The notes: generated from the sequence alone by a model not told the origin. A DNA stretch of 64,000 nucleotides from a virus (IMGVR_UViG_3300031143_000003:19287-83286); one strand, 5' to 3'. Positions 38,756-49,187 are shown, counted from the stretch's first letter. Numbers and translations are program-made.

Positions 38756-40617
38756 TATCCTACCCCAATGTCTAACTTATTTAACGCCAATGTTTCAGCT
38801 ATTTTTGTTCCATCTAATTCGATTGTTTTTCCTTCCATTACCAATCCAATTAATCTGTCCAATCTTGCAACAATTGCCGATGATGCATCTCCACCAGATC
38901 CAGATGGGCCATCAAATAGTTTTGTTCCACCAAGTAGAATATCATCCTTTCTGAATTTTATTGGCTGTTTGCCAGGACGCATTATAAAGTCATCAACCAT
39001 TCCTGCCTCAGATCTAGCTTGTTTTTCTGACGCGTTATCGGAAATGTCCATTCCTGCTAATGCAATTTGCGCTGACATGGCCATTCCACCTGGCGCTGTG
39101 TATTTCATAATGGTTGCAAGTGTTCGTTGCACAAATCCTGTCTTATCGTATTCTGCAGTAACATTTTCGCCGGCTTCATTTTTGCCAGTTGTTGACCCAA
39201 GACCAGTCCAGCTAGTAAACGTCCGTGCTAATGCCTCAACTCCTGGTGCAACTCGCTGCGATATTGCCTGCCCTATTCCTGCCAATTGTGAGGCTATAGC
39301 TTCTTTTGCGTTATCCATGCCTGTTGCAACTGATTCTAGTCCTGCTGCAACTGCTGCTTGTCCACTAGCTTCACTTTTCAATTGTGATCCAGCTAATTCA
39401 GCTATACTCATGCCAGTTGCTGCAGCTATTGCGTCCTGCTGTATTAGATCCATCTTCGATATGTCACCAACTTGGTTCCGAATCAATTCGGCTGCATCTC
39501 CAAATTTACCAGCGAGTTGTAATCTTCTAGCTTCGTCGAAGTTTAACTGTTTACCAGTTAATACTTGTGCTTCAAATTGTGCCTCTATCGATGATTCAAT
39601 ATCCAGCATTCCTTTTGCAATATCTCTGGCCTTTGACATAGATATACCTAGTCTAGTTGTAGCAGCAACTTGTTTAACTAGTTCATCCGTCTGACCCTTA
39701 TACATTATTCTAATATCTGTACCAATATTAGCAATTTTTGATGTTATTTCGCGACCAGATACTTGTAATTTATTGTGCTTGTTTTGATCTGATATAACGT
39801 CTTCTAATGTTGATCTGTATTTTGATAGGGACATGCCATTTTGTGTAGTGAACGCTAGTAATTTACCAGCAGCTTCAGTTGACAGTCCCAATAGTTTTAC
39901 AGATGTTTTTATTTGTTTTTGGAAGTCTAGCGTGATATTTGGTAAATATCCTAGTTCAGATCGTAATGTAGATACCGACTCCTTGATTTTCTCATATAGG
40001 CCATCGCTTACACCCTTATGCAATACCTTATTCATCTCAGCTGCATTGTCTGCAGATAGTCCGAATTCCTTACGCAATCCCTTGACTTCTTGATTGAACT
40101 TCTCACCCATAGCAATGAGTTTAACAAGTAGTACAATTATACCAATGATAATTGCTGCAATTGCAAAAATTGGATTAGCCATCATTGTTGCAGTAAGTGC
40201 TCTGAATCCAGACATACCCGATTTGGTGAATGATGCGAATGATTTCTTTGCCGCCTTAGCCCCTTCAGTAACATACTTTGACATAGACTTTCCGACCAAT
40301 GGAATTCTATCCGTGAAGCCAGTCATGCTCGCCGCCATGTCATCAATGTTTTCATTGAATTTTTCTTGTGTCTTTTGTAGTTTCTTAAGTAGATCTGCGT
40401 TTGATTTGGTGAGCTTGTTTACAGCTTCGCCCAACTCAACTTCTCGCATAGATAGATCGACCATTTCCTGCTTAAGATCTCTAGCCTTAAGTGTTCGCTT
40501 ATCCATGTCAGCATATGCAATTCGCTGCTTTTCAAGATTTGCTGAAATATCGGTCTGGAGGCTTGCAAGTTCGCGTGCAATTTCAACGGACGAGTTATAT
40601 GAACTTTCTTTGCCCAT
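38755..40617 (-). CDS. Tape measure protein
   Basis: 620 aa, Ala/Gly-rich and helical, with a hydrophobic segment; located downstream of tube and chaperone. Confidence 0.8.
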   Translation of the reverse strand: MGKESSYNSSVEIARELASLQTDISANLEKQRIAYADMDKRTLKARDLKQEMVDLSMREVELGEAVNKLTKSNADLLKKLQKTQEKFNENIDDMAASMTGFTDRIPLVGKSMSKYVTEGAKAAKKSFASFTKSGMSGFRALTATMMANPIFAIAAIIIGIIVLLVKLIAMGEKFNQEVKGLRKEFGLSADNAAEMNKVLHKGVSDGLYEKIKESVSTLRSELGYLPNITLDFQKQIKTSVKLLGLSTEAAGKLLAFTTQNGMSLSKYRSTLEDVISDQNKHNKLQVSGREITSKIANIGTDIRIMYKGQTDELVKQVAATTRLGISMSKARDIAKGMLDIESSIEAQFEAQVLTGKQLNFDEARRLQLAGKFGDAAELIRNQVGDISKMDLIQQDAIAAATGMSIAELAGSQLKSEASGQAAVAAGLESVATGMDNAKEAIASQLAGIGQAISQRVAPGVEALARTFTSWTGLGSTTGKNEAGENVTAEYDKTGFVQRTLATIMKYTAPGGMAMSAQIALAGMDISDNASEKQARSEAGMVDDFIMRPGKQPIKFRKDDILLGGTKLFDGPSGSGGDASSAIVARLDRLIGLVMEGKTIELDGTKIAETLALNKLDIGVG

Positions 40618-40618
40618 G

Positions 40619-40798
40619 CTAATTTATCCCGTATTTTTTATTGACCTTCTCGATGTTTGATTGCAATGCCTTGGCATCTTTTACGAGCTTATTGTACTCA
40701 ATAAAAAATGCAGGATTTTCTTTTCGTAGACGCGCAACCTCTTTATATTGTCCGTGTCCAGCAAAAAAGCCAATTATTAGTGATATTATCTTTACCAT
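40619..40798 (-). CDS. Small hypothetical protein (59 aa, not in track)
   Basis: Manual translation MVKIISLIIGFFAGHGQYKEVARLRKENPAFF...; AGGGGA SD and a late-type motif upstream. Confidence 0.6.
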   Translation of the reverse strand: MVKIISLIIGFFAGHGQYKEVARLRKENPAFFIEYNKLVKDAKALQSNIEKVNKKYGIN

Positions 40799-40847
40799 TG
40801 TATTCCCCTATTGTGATCATAGTTTAATATAAATATATGGTTATACA

Positions 40848-41051
40848 CTAATGGCTTGCGCTTTCAGCACTTTTGATTGCATTTTCCTGTTCTGTATTCC
40901 AAGATTGTATTTCTAGTATGTAAAAGCGTCTCATCCAAATTGGCATGTTGTAGACGTCATTCCAAGAAAATCCACCTTGACCATGGAAAGCCAATGTGAA
41001 AATTTCCTTGTGTATTTTGGGCCTTTGGTTAAGACCCTGGCCAAAAAAAGT
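40848..41051 (-). CDS. Frameshift extension of tail assembly chaperone (GT-like)
   Basis: The +1 frame is open from the T7 run: TFFGQGLNQRPKIHKEIFTLAFHGQGGFSWNDVYNMPIWMRRFY... There is no ATG before the HKEIF/YNMP segment, and a TAG lies immediately before the T-run. Confidence 0.65.
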   Translation of the reverse strand, partial: TFFGQGLNQRPKIHKEIFTLAFHGQGGFSWNDVYNMPIWMRRFYILEIQSWNTEQENAIKSAESASH

Positions 41052-41877
41052 CTAGACCGATTGGCAACGGTATTTCACTGTAATAGTCAAACTCTGGTAG
41101 GTCTATTGCAATGGTTAGATCTACATCTGGCTGAACCTTTGCCATATATTTCCTAAGGGCAAGTGAGTCTTGGGAAAGCATAGTTGTATCAACAAAGTCT
41201 CGTATTGCCTTATTTGAATCATCACCATCTATTGATGTTATTATATATTTTAATCTAGTTGATAGTTCACGACTGACCAATAGTCCACCCTTTGTGTTTT
41301 TCTTTTGTCGTAATACTTCAGCTTGTATTGATCGTTCATCGCGACTTGTCATAATCTTAAATGTTATATCTAATCCAGACGTTGGTAGCTTAAAATCTAT
41401 ACAATTGCCATTAGCAAACACTGTTTCGTCAAACTCTACGTCCTTTAGTTGAGTTAAGTCAACTACCATACTATGTGGTTCGTCTAAATCTAAATCAGGT
41501 ATTTCAACAGATATTGGATAATCTTTACCATAACCAAGAACTCTTGCTGCAACCATTACTGCGTTTTTATCGCCGACAATTAGATCATCATATTCAAATG
41601 GTTCACCTTCTCCACTTCCAACGATCAATGCCTTGAATAGTTTGTCTAATGCTAATCCACGCTTAACCAATGATTGCGACGCTAAAATGTCTTCCTCTTT
41701 GGCTGTCATGTATTTCATTTCGATTGTACCACATCTGAGTGGGTGTCCTTCGACATATAATAATCCCTTCGATGGTAGATCTATGATTTCAGTTGGGAAT
41801 CCTGCAGCTTTTGTTGCTTTTGCAGATGATTGACTAATAAGTCTATCTTTTAGTTGGCTGTCTGTTAAATTTGACAT
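41029..41877 (-). CDS. Tail assembly chaperone / baseplate hub assembly protein (gp26/gp51-like)
   Basis: LPSKG..Y, MTAKEEDIL, L..GD..A..VAAR..GYG..Y and C-terminal FFWP. Between tube and tape measure. Confidence 0.75.
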   Translation of the reverse strand: MSNLTDSQLKDRLISQSSAKATKAAGFPTEIIDLPSKGLLYVEGHPLRCGTIEMKYMTAKEEDILASQSLVKRGLALDKLFKALIVGSGEGEPFEYDDLIVGDKNAVMVAARVLGYGKDYPISVEIPDLDLDEPHSMVVDLTQLKDVEFDETVFANGNCIDFKLPTSGLDITFKIMTSRDERSIQAEVLRQKKNTKGGLLVSRELSTRLKYIITSIDGDDSNKAIRDFVDTTMLSQDSLALRKYMAKVQPDVDLTIAIDLPEFDYYSEIPLPIGLDFFWPGS

Positions 41878-41939
41878 GTTGTAACTCTCCATTAATGTGT
41901 AACTAATTATTTTGTTTCTTTATATAAATATCATGACAT

Positions 41940-41975
41940 AAAAAAATCTCCCCAACATAAATGTCAGAGAGATCC
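41940..41975 (-). terminator. Intrinsic terminator after tail tube gene
   Basis: ATCTCTCTGACA-loop-TGTTGGGGAGAT hairpin (with G-U pairs) followed by a T-run. Confidence 0.65.
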
Positions 41976-41998
41976 TTTGCCCTACTAAGTAGCGATTA

Positions 41999-42490
41999 TT
42001 AGTAGTGTAATATAGCGAAATCATAGGCTAAACTAATGGATAATTCCATTACGCTGTCACCATTTGCCCAGTCTAGATCTCCGCCAGTAACTGCGGTTAT
42101 CATTGCGCCTTTGATTTCCCATTCTTCAACTTTATCACCAATTGGTCCAAGTATCTGAATTGTTAAATCCTTCTTATATAGATCTGCATATCCAGCTCTA
42201 CCGGTTACAGATTCATATCCTAGTCTAACCCATTCCATTGCAGCTTGAGCTGCTGATGGTACAATTGGGTCATATAGAACTATGTCCATATCTTCCCAAG
42301 TTGCAGCGCCTTGAATCTTACGCTTTGTGTTAATGTGATCAAGTGTAATTGTTCCAAATTTTACACTTGGACGAGCCGCCTTCTTAATCATAAAAGAAGG
42401 AATACCGTCAACCAATAGAATAAATCTATTTTGTGTTTTAGGTTGAAACTTCTTAAACATTAATTCATTTGGGTCTATTAAATTAGCCAT
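41999..42490 (-). CDS. Tail tube protein (gp19-like)
   Basis: F.PK..NRF, YDPI.PS.AQA.MEW.R, Y..D....LGP.GD.VE.W...GA pattern; follows the sheath gene. Confidence 0.88.
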   Translation of the reverse strand: MANLIDPNELMFKKFQPKTQNRFILLVDGIPSFMIKKAARPSVKFGTITLDHINTKRKIQGAATWEDMDIVLYDPIVPSAAQAAMEWVRLGYESVTGRAGYADLYKKDLTIQILGPIGDKVEEWEIKGAMITAVTGGDLDWANGDSVMELSISLAYDFAILHY

Positions 42491-42519
42491 TTGCTTATCT
42501 CCTCTTTATTATAAATATC

Positions 42520-44226
42520 TTATTCGCCAAAAGTAGCACCAGTTGGCATAATATTAAAGTCAACTACTATAAATTCTGCAGCTTTAGCTGGTTGAATGTA
42601 TATGTCTCCTTTCATGATATTTCTATCTATTACATCTGCTGTATTATTAGTACTATCCATTATTACCTTAAATGCGTATAGTCCATTGTTCTGTTGAACT
42701 GATTCCATGTACGGATTAACCGCCGATAAGAATCTTTGACGTGTTGCATCGGTATTATTTTCAAATACTAAATATTTAGATGTACTAGCTATGAACTTCT
42801 TGAGGTTTATTAATAATCTACGTACGTTAACTCTGTCTAATGCAGTAGAGCGTTTTTGTAATGTCTTTTGTCCCCATACAACTACACCTTCACCAGGGAA
42901 AGTAGCTAATGGATTGACTCTAGATTCATACAATGTGTCTCTATTTGCATGTGATAATTTTCGTTCTGCTCTAATTGCTGAAGCTATACCACCTCTGTTT
43001 AATCCAGCTGGTGCATACCATTCTGCAGCTACTGCATCATTGAACGATAATACGCCTGGCATAACAACTGATGCTGGTACCCATACATTCTTACCGACTC
43101 TACTTGCAGGTATTTGAACCCATGGCCAATACATTGCTGCATAAGAATTATTTTCTGCTTCTGCCTCTGCTGTTACGTCTGTTATAGCTGCTCCAAATGG
43201 TGCTGGATCTACTATTGCAAAACAATCTCCACGTTCTTCACATACTTGCATTAATTTTGTTACCGATGTGCCGTGATCCTTTGCATTTATACCTGGACAA
43301 GCTATCATATTGATATCGTATTCATCTGCATTTGATAGTAACTCTATTCCAGTTACATATGCAGCCGGCGCTATACCCTGTATGTTTGTCGATGTTATGT
43401 CACCATACATTTTCTTTTTTCCAGTAGCTTCAGTACCATTTGTACCACCACTAAATGAACCACTACTTGGTTTTGGCAAACTTCCAGTTGCAGTTGATAC
43501 TCTAACTCCACCATCTGCGTCATACCAGTCTATTGTATCAGCAATCGTTGATTCTTCTACATATACAAATTTTGATTTATTTGGATAAGATCCTAGATAT
43601 TTTACATATTTCTCTGTAGAATCATATGTAGCATATTGTGTACCGATTGTTTTACCGATGTAATTTTGGGAATTTGGATCCAATGATATATTGTTCCATG
43701 TTTCCAAAACATTTCGTTTTGCAGCACTATCATCACCACGTCTAATTAGTAATGTAAATGTTCCTTTTGCCTCGTTCACAGTAGTTACTTGGAATCTAAC
43801 GTCGTTAGCCGATCCGCTAACCAATATTCCATCGGTTTCTGAACCACTGTTATTCATTACTGTTCCATCGCCGATCGTTTTCAAAACAAACGATTTTAAA
43901 GTTGTTGACCCAGATTTGAATGCATCTGCTGAAGCTCCAGTAAATGATCCTGCCATGGCTCTAACAACTGTTAATGTTCCAGAATGCTTCAAATACTGTT
44001 CAGCTGCCAGTGATGTTAAGTACTCATATGATTGGCTACCACTTGCAAATGATGTACCAAATAATAATTCATATTCTGAAAATGAATTTACTTCAATTGG
44101 CACATTACCTGGTCCCTTCACTGTCGGTCCAACTATAGCTGCTCCGATATCTGCAATGCCTTGTGGTACAAAAGAGAAGTCTTGTTCTCTAGTGAATACA
44201 CCTGGACTTACTATTTTTTCAGCCAT
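42520..44226 (-). CDS. Tail sheath protein (gp18-like)
   Basis: SPGVFTRE, GPT.KGP, W.APAG.NRG, NP.ATFPG.G.VVWGQKTL and LDRVNVRRL motifs. Confidence 0.95.
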   Translation of the reverse strand: MAEKIVSPGVFTREQDFSFVPQGIADIGAAIVGPTVKGPGNVPIEVNSFSEYELLFGTSFASGSQSYEYLTSLAAEQYLKHSGTLTVVRAMAGSFTGASADAFKSGSTTLKSFVLKTIGDGTVMNNSGSETDGILVSGSANDVRFQVTTVNEAKGTFTLLIRRGDDSAAKRNVLETWNNISLDPNSQNYIGKTIGTQYATYDSTEKYVKYLGSYPNKSKFVYVEESTIADTIDWYDADGGVRVSTATGSLPKPSSGSFSGGTNGTEATGKKKMYGDITSTNIQGIAPAAYVTGIELLSNADEYDINMIACPGINAKDHGTSVTKLMQVCEERGDCFAIVDPAPFGAAITDVTAEAEAENNSYAAMYWPWVQIPASRVGKNVWVPASVVMPGVLSFNDAVAAEWYAPAGLNRGGIASAIRAERKLSHANRDTLYESRVNPLATFPGEGVVVWGQKTLQKRSTALDRVNVRRLLINLKKFIASTSKYLVFENNTDATRQRFLSAVNPYMESVQQNNGLYAFKVIMDSTNNTADVIDRNIMKGDIYIQPAKAAEFIVVDFNIMPTGATFGE

Positions 44227-44300
44227 TTATTTATCTCCTAATTCGTTGATTTATTCGTTTAATCTTATATAAATATACAATCTGTTTTTCAAAATACAGA

Positions 44301-44552
44301 CTAATTTGACGGTAAGAATTCACCTGTATCTATGTCTATACTACCCTGTCCATACTTATTTTTCAATAGTTCTGCCAATTTACGTTCTTTCGATTGTATA
44401 TCGTCTACTGATACAAATAGTGATGCTTCGGTTTTGTCTAGTGAATGCCTGTTCAATTGAACTTGTCCTAGTTCATGTGATATTTCTGAATATTTTGTGC
44501 GTAGATCTTTTAGTTGTGTTAATTCTTCTGGTGTAAACTTGATTTTTTCCAA
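44301..44552 (-). CDS. Small coiled-coil protein
   Basis: ORF track (TTG start); KFTPEEL...KYG.G.ID..TGEF pattern. Confidence 0.6.
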   Translation of the reverse strand: MEKIKFTPEELTQLKDLRTKYSEISHELGQVQLNRHSLDKTEASLFVSVDDIQSKERKLAELLKNKYGQGSIDIDTGEFLPSN

Positions 44553-44565
44553 ATTTTGGTTTCCC

Positions 44566-45336
44566 TTATAACTTTGATTTTAATTGATTAATATCGACCA
44601 CTGTTTCGTGACCAATGCTTATTTTGGCAGGTCCATATGCTATGTCGCCTCCGGTTGCCATACGTTTTTGTACGTTATCTGATATTATGAATCCATCTAA
44701 CTCTATTGTGAAACTAGATCTAATCAATCTATCGTTTCCAATTTCTACGTCGGTGGTTTGTGCGAATGAATCTATACGTGACATGAAGCTAAACTTGTCT
44801 GGATCTCCCCAGTACGTTCCTTCTGCATAGCTTATCGCTTCTATTATATTGTTCATTTCTTTAAGGTAGTCAGTCCATATAATACATTCATAAGTTAATT
44901 TGACGTAATCCGGGATGACGACCTTATGATACTGTTTAACTGGCTTAAGACCTACCTGCTTTGAAAATAAATCATATTTATTTGTTTGAGAATATTTACT
45001 CTCAGCATATGCTACTTGTGGATAATTTGAATCGATCTTCGAACTCATATCATTCCGCTTAGTTATACCAGTTCGCTTATACATTATTAATGGTACTTGT
45101 ATCTTACCATTTGCATCTCGATAGAAGCTAGATTTCTGCATAGATTTCCATTTCTCAGGAGATCCATATACAACTGGTACCTGCATTTGTGCGCCATTCT
45201 TATCTAGTATCGTTGGAATTATTGTGTTGTCGAAATAATACTTTATAGACGAATCAATGTCATATAGTCCAACGTCTAAGCTGGATGGTTTATTATCTAC
45301 TTGTACCTGCTTCGCACGATTAGTCTTTTTTGCCAT
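44566..45336 (-). CDS. Tail completion/sheath stabiliser (gp15-like)
   Basis: VPV.YGSPEKW, P....L.Y...IWT pattern; follows the neck genes. Confidence 0.78.
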   Translation of the reverse strand: MAKKTNRAKQVQVDNKPSSLDVGLYDIDSSIKYYFDNTIIPTILDKNGAQMQVPVVYGSPEKWKSMQKSSFYRDANGKIQVPLIMYKRTGITKRNDMSSKIDSNYPQVAYAESKYSQTNKYDLFSKQVGLKPVKQYHKVVIPDYVKLTYECIIWTDYLKEMNNIIEAISYAEGTYWGDPDKFSFMSRIDSFAQTTDVEIGNDRLIRSSFTIELDGFIISDNVQKRMATGGDIAYGPAKISIGHETVVDINQLKSKL

Positions 45337-45845
45337 TAGTATATGTCCTTATTATATCCAAAATCAGATTTATTTGATTCTATTTTTCTACGTCTTGTCA
45401 TATGTGTTTCACATATTATACCAATATTCCAACCAAACTTGTCTCCAGCGTTTGATGTTTCTGGGTTTTGGCCAGCAAAATAATCATCGTCGTTTACTGT
45501 ATCAATTTCCCAATACACATCGTTCCAATGTATTATATCGCCAGATTCAACTACTAAATTTGGTATATCAACTAGATCATCTCGTAATAATGAGAATGTA
45601 GCTTTTGCTGTAACATCTAGTCCAAATTCTGTACTTTCGAATTCTTTCTTGTCAAATGATATTAGTGCACCAACTCGAACAGCTTGAAAATATGATTTAC
45701 CCGATGATTCCCCATACAGATTTTCATCGATGTCTAATACTGATGATTTCATTATGTCGACCGTTGTGTCTATAATGTCATGTATCAATTCTCTATTTAG
45801 ATGCCTAAACAATGCTATGTCGCTATTTTTTCCGAATAATGGCAT
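45336..45845 (-). CDS. Head closure protein (gp14-like)
   Basis: N.YGE, GD.I.W...YWEI pattern; lies between the gp13-like and gp15-like genes. Confidence 0.75.
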   Translation of the reverse strand: MPLFGKNSDIALFRHLNRELIHDIIDTTVDIMKSSVLDIDENLYGESSGKSYFQAVRVGALISFDKKEFESTEFGLDVTAKATFSLLRDDLVDIPNLVVESGDIIHWNDVYWEIDTVNDDDYFAGQNPETSNAGDKFGWNIGIICETHMTRRRKIESNKSDFGYNKDIY

Positions 45846-45849
45846 ATTG

Positions 45850-46983
45850 TTATCCTATGTATATATTCAATGGATTCTTATTTAGCATATTCTGCTGAAA
45901 GTCTGTTACTTCATTCTCACGTTCCATCATGTTTCGTCTTGAAACAGCGTCTAGATCTTCTCGCAATTGTGAAATTAATATTTCCTGTTCAGCTGCTCCT
46001 TCGTTTCGTAATGCATCTCCATCAACTGATACGTCTCCTCCTGGAATAGGAATTGATGTAAATTTACCACGTATTTGACCTAATAATGTCTTAGACAGTG
46101 CTAGTGCATATTTGCGTATCCATTGTTTTCCTGGATCGTTGATGTGACCGTACGTCATGTTGTCATATTTCATGTTTGAAAAATCTGATACGCCGTTATC
46201 GGTTATTAATGTACTTCTGTCGGAAGTTACAATATATTGGAAATGGTACTTGAATGATGTTCTTGGAACTGGATGTATTTTTAGCTTATTGTTTATTAGC
46301 TCAAACGAATACATTGATCGACGAACAGTGTCTGAGAATTCAACCTGCTGTATTCTTAACATATCATCGTATATAGGCATGGATAGGAAAGATACGCCAG
46401 CCATTGTTCCACCCCATCCAAACGAATTCAATGATCGATGTGATCCGAATTGTGGTGATGAAGATCTTTTGCTTGCTGGAGTTGATTGATGGAATACACG
46501 CTTTATTTCAATGTCTTTTCCACTTTCAGAAACTTCTGCCCATAATGCAGATAGATCGTATTCTTGTTGATTTGCTGTGGTTTCTATGAATCCAGATTTC
46601 CATTCAACATTTCCACCTGATCCAGCTTCTGCGCCATATTGTTTTGATAATGCTATTAATCTGCCTTGATTTGGTAGAATATTCTTATGTGTAAAATTAG
46701 ATGCAGTTGAATTACCCTTTGCAGCTAATAGATTCTCTCGCATATTAAATCGATTAACTTGTGCACCATACTCAGTCACAGCTTCTTCATAGCATGTGAA
46801 AAGTGAATTGTTAGATAACTCAACTTCAACAGTTGGGTAACCTAATCGTCTTGCGCACCATATTGCAGTTGATTCAATATCTCTATTATATGTGCCTTGG
46901 TTATCATATGTACCAAATGGTGTTTGTCCAAAACCTGGACTAAATACCGATGTTCCATTAAATAAATCTGGTTTAATTGCCAT
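45850..46983 (-). CDS. Neck protein (gp13-like)
   Basis: RRLGYP.V.VEL, W.RKY.LAL.K..LG..RGK and IPG..V..DG..L motifs. Confidence 0.85.
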   Translation of the reverse strand: MAIKPDLFNGTSVFSPGFGQTPFGTYDNQGTYNRDIESTAIWCARRLGYPTVEVELSNNSLFTCYEEAVTEYGAQVNRFNMRENLLAAKGNSTASNFTHKNILPNQGRLIALSKQYGAEAGSGGNVEWKSGFIETTANQQEYDLSALWAEVSESGKDIEIKRVFHQSTPASKRSSSPQFGSHRSLNSFGWGGTMAGVSFLSMPIYDDMLRIQQVEFSDTVRRSMYSFELINNKLKIHPVPRTSFKYHFQYIVTSDRSTLITDNGVSDFSNMKYDNMTYGHINDPGKQWIRKYALALSKTLLGQIRGKFTSIPIPGGDVSVDGDALRNEGAAEQEILISQLREDLDAVSRRNMMERENEVTDFQQNMLNKNPLNIYIG

Positions 46984-47063
46984 TCTAATCTCCTATTATC
47001 ATTACAATTATAAATATCAAATACTTGACTGAATAGTTGGTTATTTCTAGCTGTGGATTGAAA

Positions 47064-49022
47064 CTATCCGCAGTGATATGTGCAGCCTACGAATGCCTTT
47101 CTATACGTTGAACCAGATAGTTCGAATTCTACACAATCATATTTAGTTGAATTGATTCTGAAGCTGCAGTCTTGTGTTATCTTAGCTACAGTATAATTGT
47201 GCAGTAGATCATCGGATTGCCTCATTCCTAGTCCAGTTAATGGAGATGACGTTATGTAATCGCCGTTTTCTAAGCTACCTGAGTAGTTTGATACCCAGAT
47301 AGCACCTTCACCTAGTGAGTTTATTATTAATCGAGTATCTGATTCGTGCTTTTCAATTGATGTGACGAATGCGCCTTGTCCATATGTTCGAGTGTTACCA
47401 TGATCCTCAAAATTAGATATGACTCCAAATACGCGCTTATCATTTTGTGCAGTAGATAGAGATACATTTGGCAAAGATTCGTTTATGTTTGGTTTAAGTG
47501 TATTGCTGCCACTAAAATTTGTGTACGTGCCATCCGATATGACAATATATCCAACCGATGATGTATAATCATTGATTGTCCCAGATGATGGTATGCTCCT
47601 ATGTTGACCGGTAAAATCTATGGCCGCTACGTCCGCTGCCCAGGATATATATCCGCCAAGGGAAGTTGATCCTCCAAATGTAAATCGCAAGTTCAAGTCT
47701 GGATCAGCATACATTCGCCAGCTAAGGGTATTGTTTAGACCAGTGATCTGTAGTCCACCACCAGAACCAGAATTAGATGACTGATATATATGCAGGTCAG
47801 AATCAGGAGTAGTCGTTCCGATACCAACGTTTCCCTGGTAATCTATACGCATTCTTTCGCTTAGCGCTTGGCTAGCCCACTGATTTGCGGTGTAGAATGC
47901 CAAAAATCCTCTGGCATCATTCTCAGTTGTAAACTTACCACCCTTTATTCCTGCACTTAGAGCCTTGTTTGTGCTTCCACCATTGAAATTATTGGAGAAT
48001 GTGAGTATTGCTCCCTGATCAATTATGTCAGTTGTAGCTGAATTATATAGATCTAGTGATGAATTTCCAGTGATTATCTTACCTGTTGTGTGTCTAGTAT
48101 TCTTTGTTATTTGTGCGAAGCCATCAATATTAATATTGTTTGGCAACAAATTGATAGTGACACTGTTACTGGTGTCTGGGTCAGCTGACACTATGATGAG
48201 GTTATCTATTGCAAAATCTCCCCTATGTGAGTTGGATGAAACAACGGCCGGTATATATTCAAAATATAAATATTTACTGGATGATTTGATTGATTCCAAA
48301 TCAACAGATACCCTGTACCATGCCATATTGCTAGCTGATTGCAGTTGTCCAGTTATTGGTCCGGACACGGTTGATGTGCCATTATAGTATACATAATCTA
48401 ATTCAATGGCAGAGGCAATATCGGTATGATCATCACTAGAGTATATGCGGAATGTCCCGGTTGCAGATCCGTATGCATACACATAGAATATTAGCGTTTC
48501 AGACTCAAAATCATCAATTGTCAACAATTTGGTTCTAAATGTACTATGCGTAGACGAGCCAATATTTGCACTTGTTGTATCTGATGTTTCTGCATAAATA
48601 TATCCAGCTGTAGAACTCTGATTGGCCGTGTCTAATGTGCCATTGTTTGACGCTATGCCATAGTTTGGACCAGTCCATGATGATGGCGAAGCTCCGGATG
48701 ACATCCAGTTCCAATTTCGATGTAGTACATCGGGTGATGCTGAAGTCGATATTAGTCCGTTTATGTATGATACACTATTATTGGCTGATGGTTTTGTTAC
48801 TATGCCCCGATATCCCGATGGCACATTATCTAGGGTCGTAAGCGTTTTTGTTGAGTCATATAGGCCGATCGGTCCAATTGAGTCTACTTCTATGTCTGTA
48901 CCAATTGATGCGTTACCATTCGGATTAGTAAATGATCCACCATCTTCTATTATTAGACTATTTACAGTTAGGCTGTTTAGCTCTGCATCACTTCCGCTTG
49001 TAACTAGTTGTTGCCACGCCAT
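47064..49022 (-). CDS. Tail fibre/receptor-binding protein with MAM-like domain and C-terminal chaperone domain
   Basis: PSSWTGP...GYIYAETS...GDFAIDN (MAM-like), GNVGIGTTTP fibre repeat, and FTGQH...NSLGEGAIWV...GCTYHCG C-terminus. Confidence 0.7.
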   Translation of the reverse strand: MAWQQLVTSGSDAELNSLTVNSLIIEDGGSFTNPNGNASIGTDIEVDSIGPIGLYDSTKTLTTLDNVPSGYRGIVTKPSANNSVSYINGLISTSASPDVLHRNWNWMSSGASPSSWTGPNYGIASNNGTLDTANQSSTAGYIYAETSDTTSANIGSSTHSTFRTKLLTIDDFESETLIFYVYAYGSATGTFRIYSSDDHTDIASAIELDYVYYNGTSTVSGPITGQLQSASNMAWYRVSVDLESIKSSSKYLYFEYIPAVVSSNSHRGDFAIDNLIIVSADPDTSNSVTINLLPNNINIDGFAQITKNTRHTTGKIITGNSSLDLYNSATTDIIDQGAILTFSNNFNGGSTNKALSAGIKGGKFTTENDARGFLAFYTANQWASQALSERMRIDYQGNVGIGTTTPDSDLHIYQSSNSGSGGGLQITGLNNTLSWRMYADPDLNLRFTFGGSTSLGGYISWAADVAAIDFTGQHRSIPSSGTINDYTSSVGYIVISDGTYTNFSGSNTLKPNINESLPNVSLSTAQNDKRVFGVISNFEDHGNTRTYGQGAFVTSIEKHESDTRLIINSLGEGAIWVSNYSGSLENGDYITSSPLTGLGMRQSDDLLHNYTVAKITQDCSFRINSTKYDCVEFELSGSTYRKAFVGCTYHCG

Positions 49023-49025
49023 GTT

Positions 49026-49187
49026 TTACTTTTTATCCATCTTAACTGGTTTAGCTGGAGCAGGTTGTGCATTGTATTGGTCTGCTACCTTGTTTAATAG
49101 TAATGATATTTGGGCTGATTCCGAACCCTTGATATTTAGTTCAGCGATTGCTTTATGTATAAGCACTAATTCTTCTTTTGTAAACAT
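49026..49187 (-). CDS. Small helical protein (53 aa, not in track), possible fibre chaperone
   Basis: Manual translation MFTKEELVLIHKAIAELNIKGSES... Confidence 0.6.
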   Translation of the reverse strand: MFTKEELVLIHKAIAELNIKGSESAQISLLLNKVADQYNAQPAPAKPVKMDKK

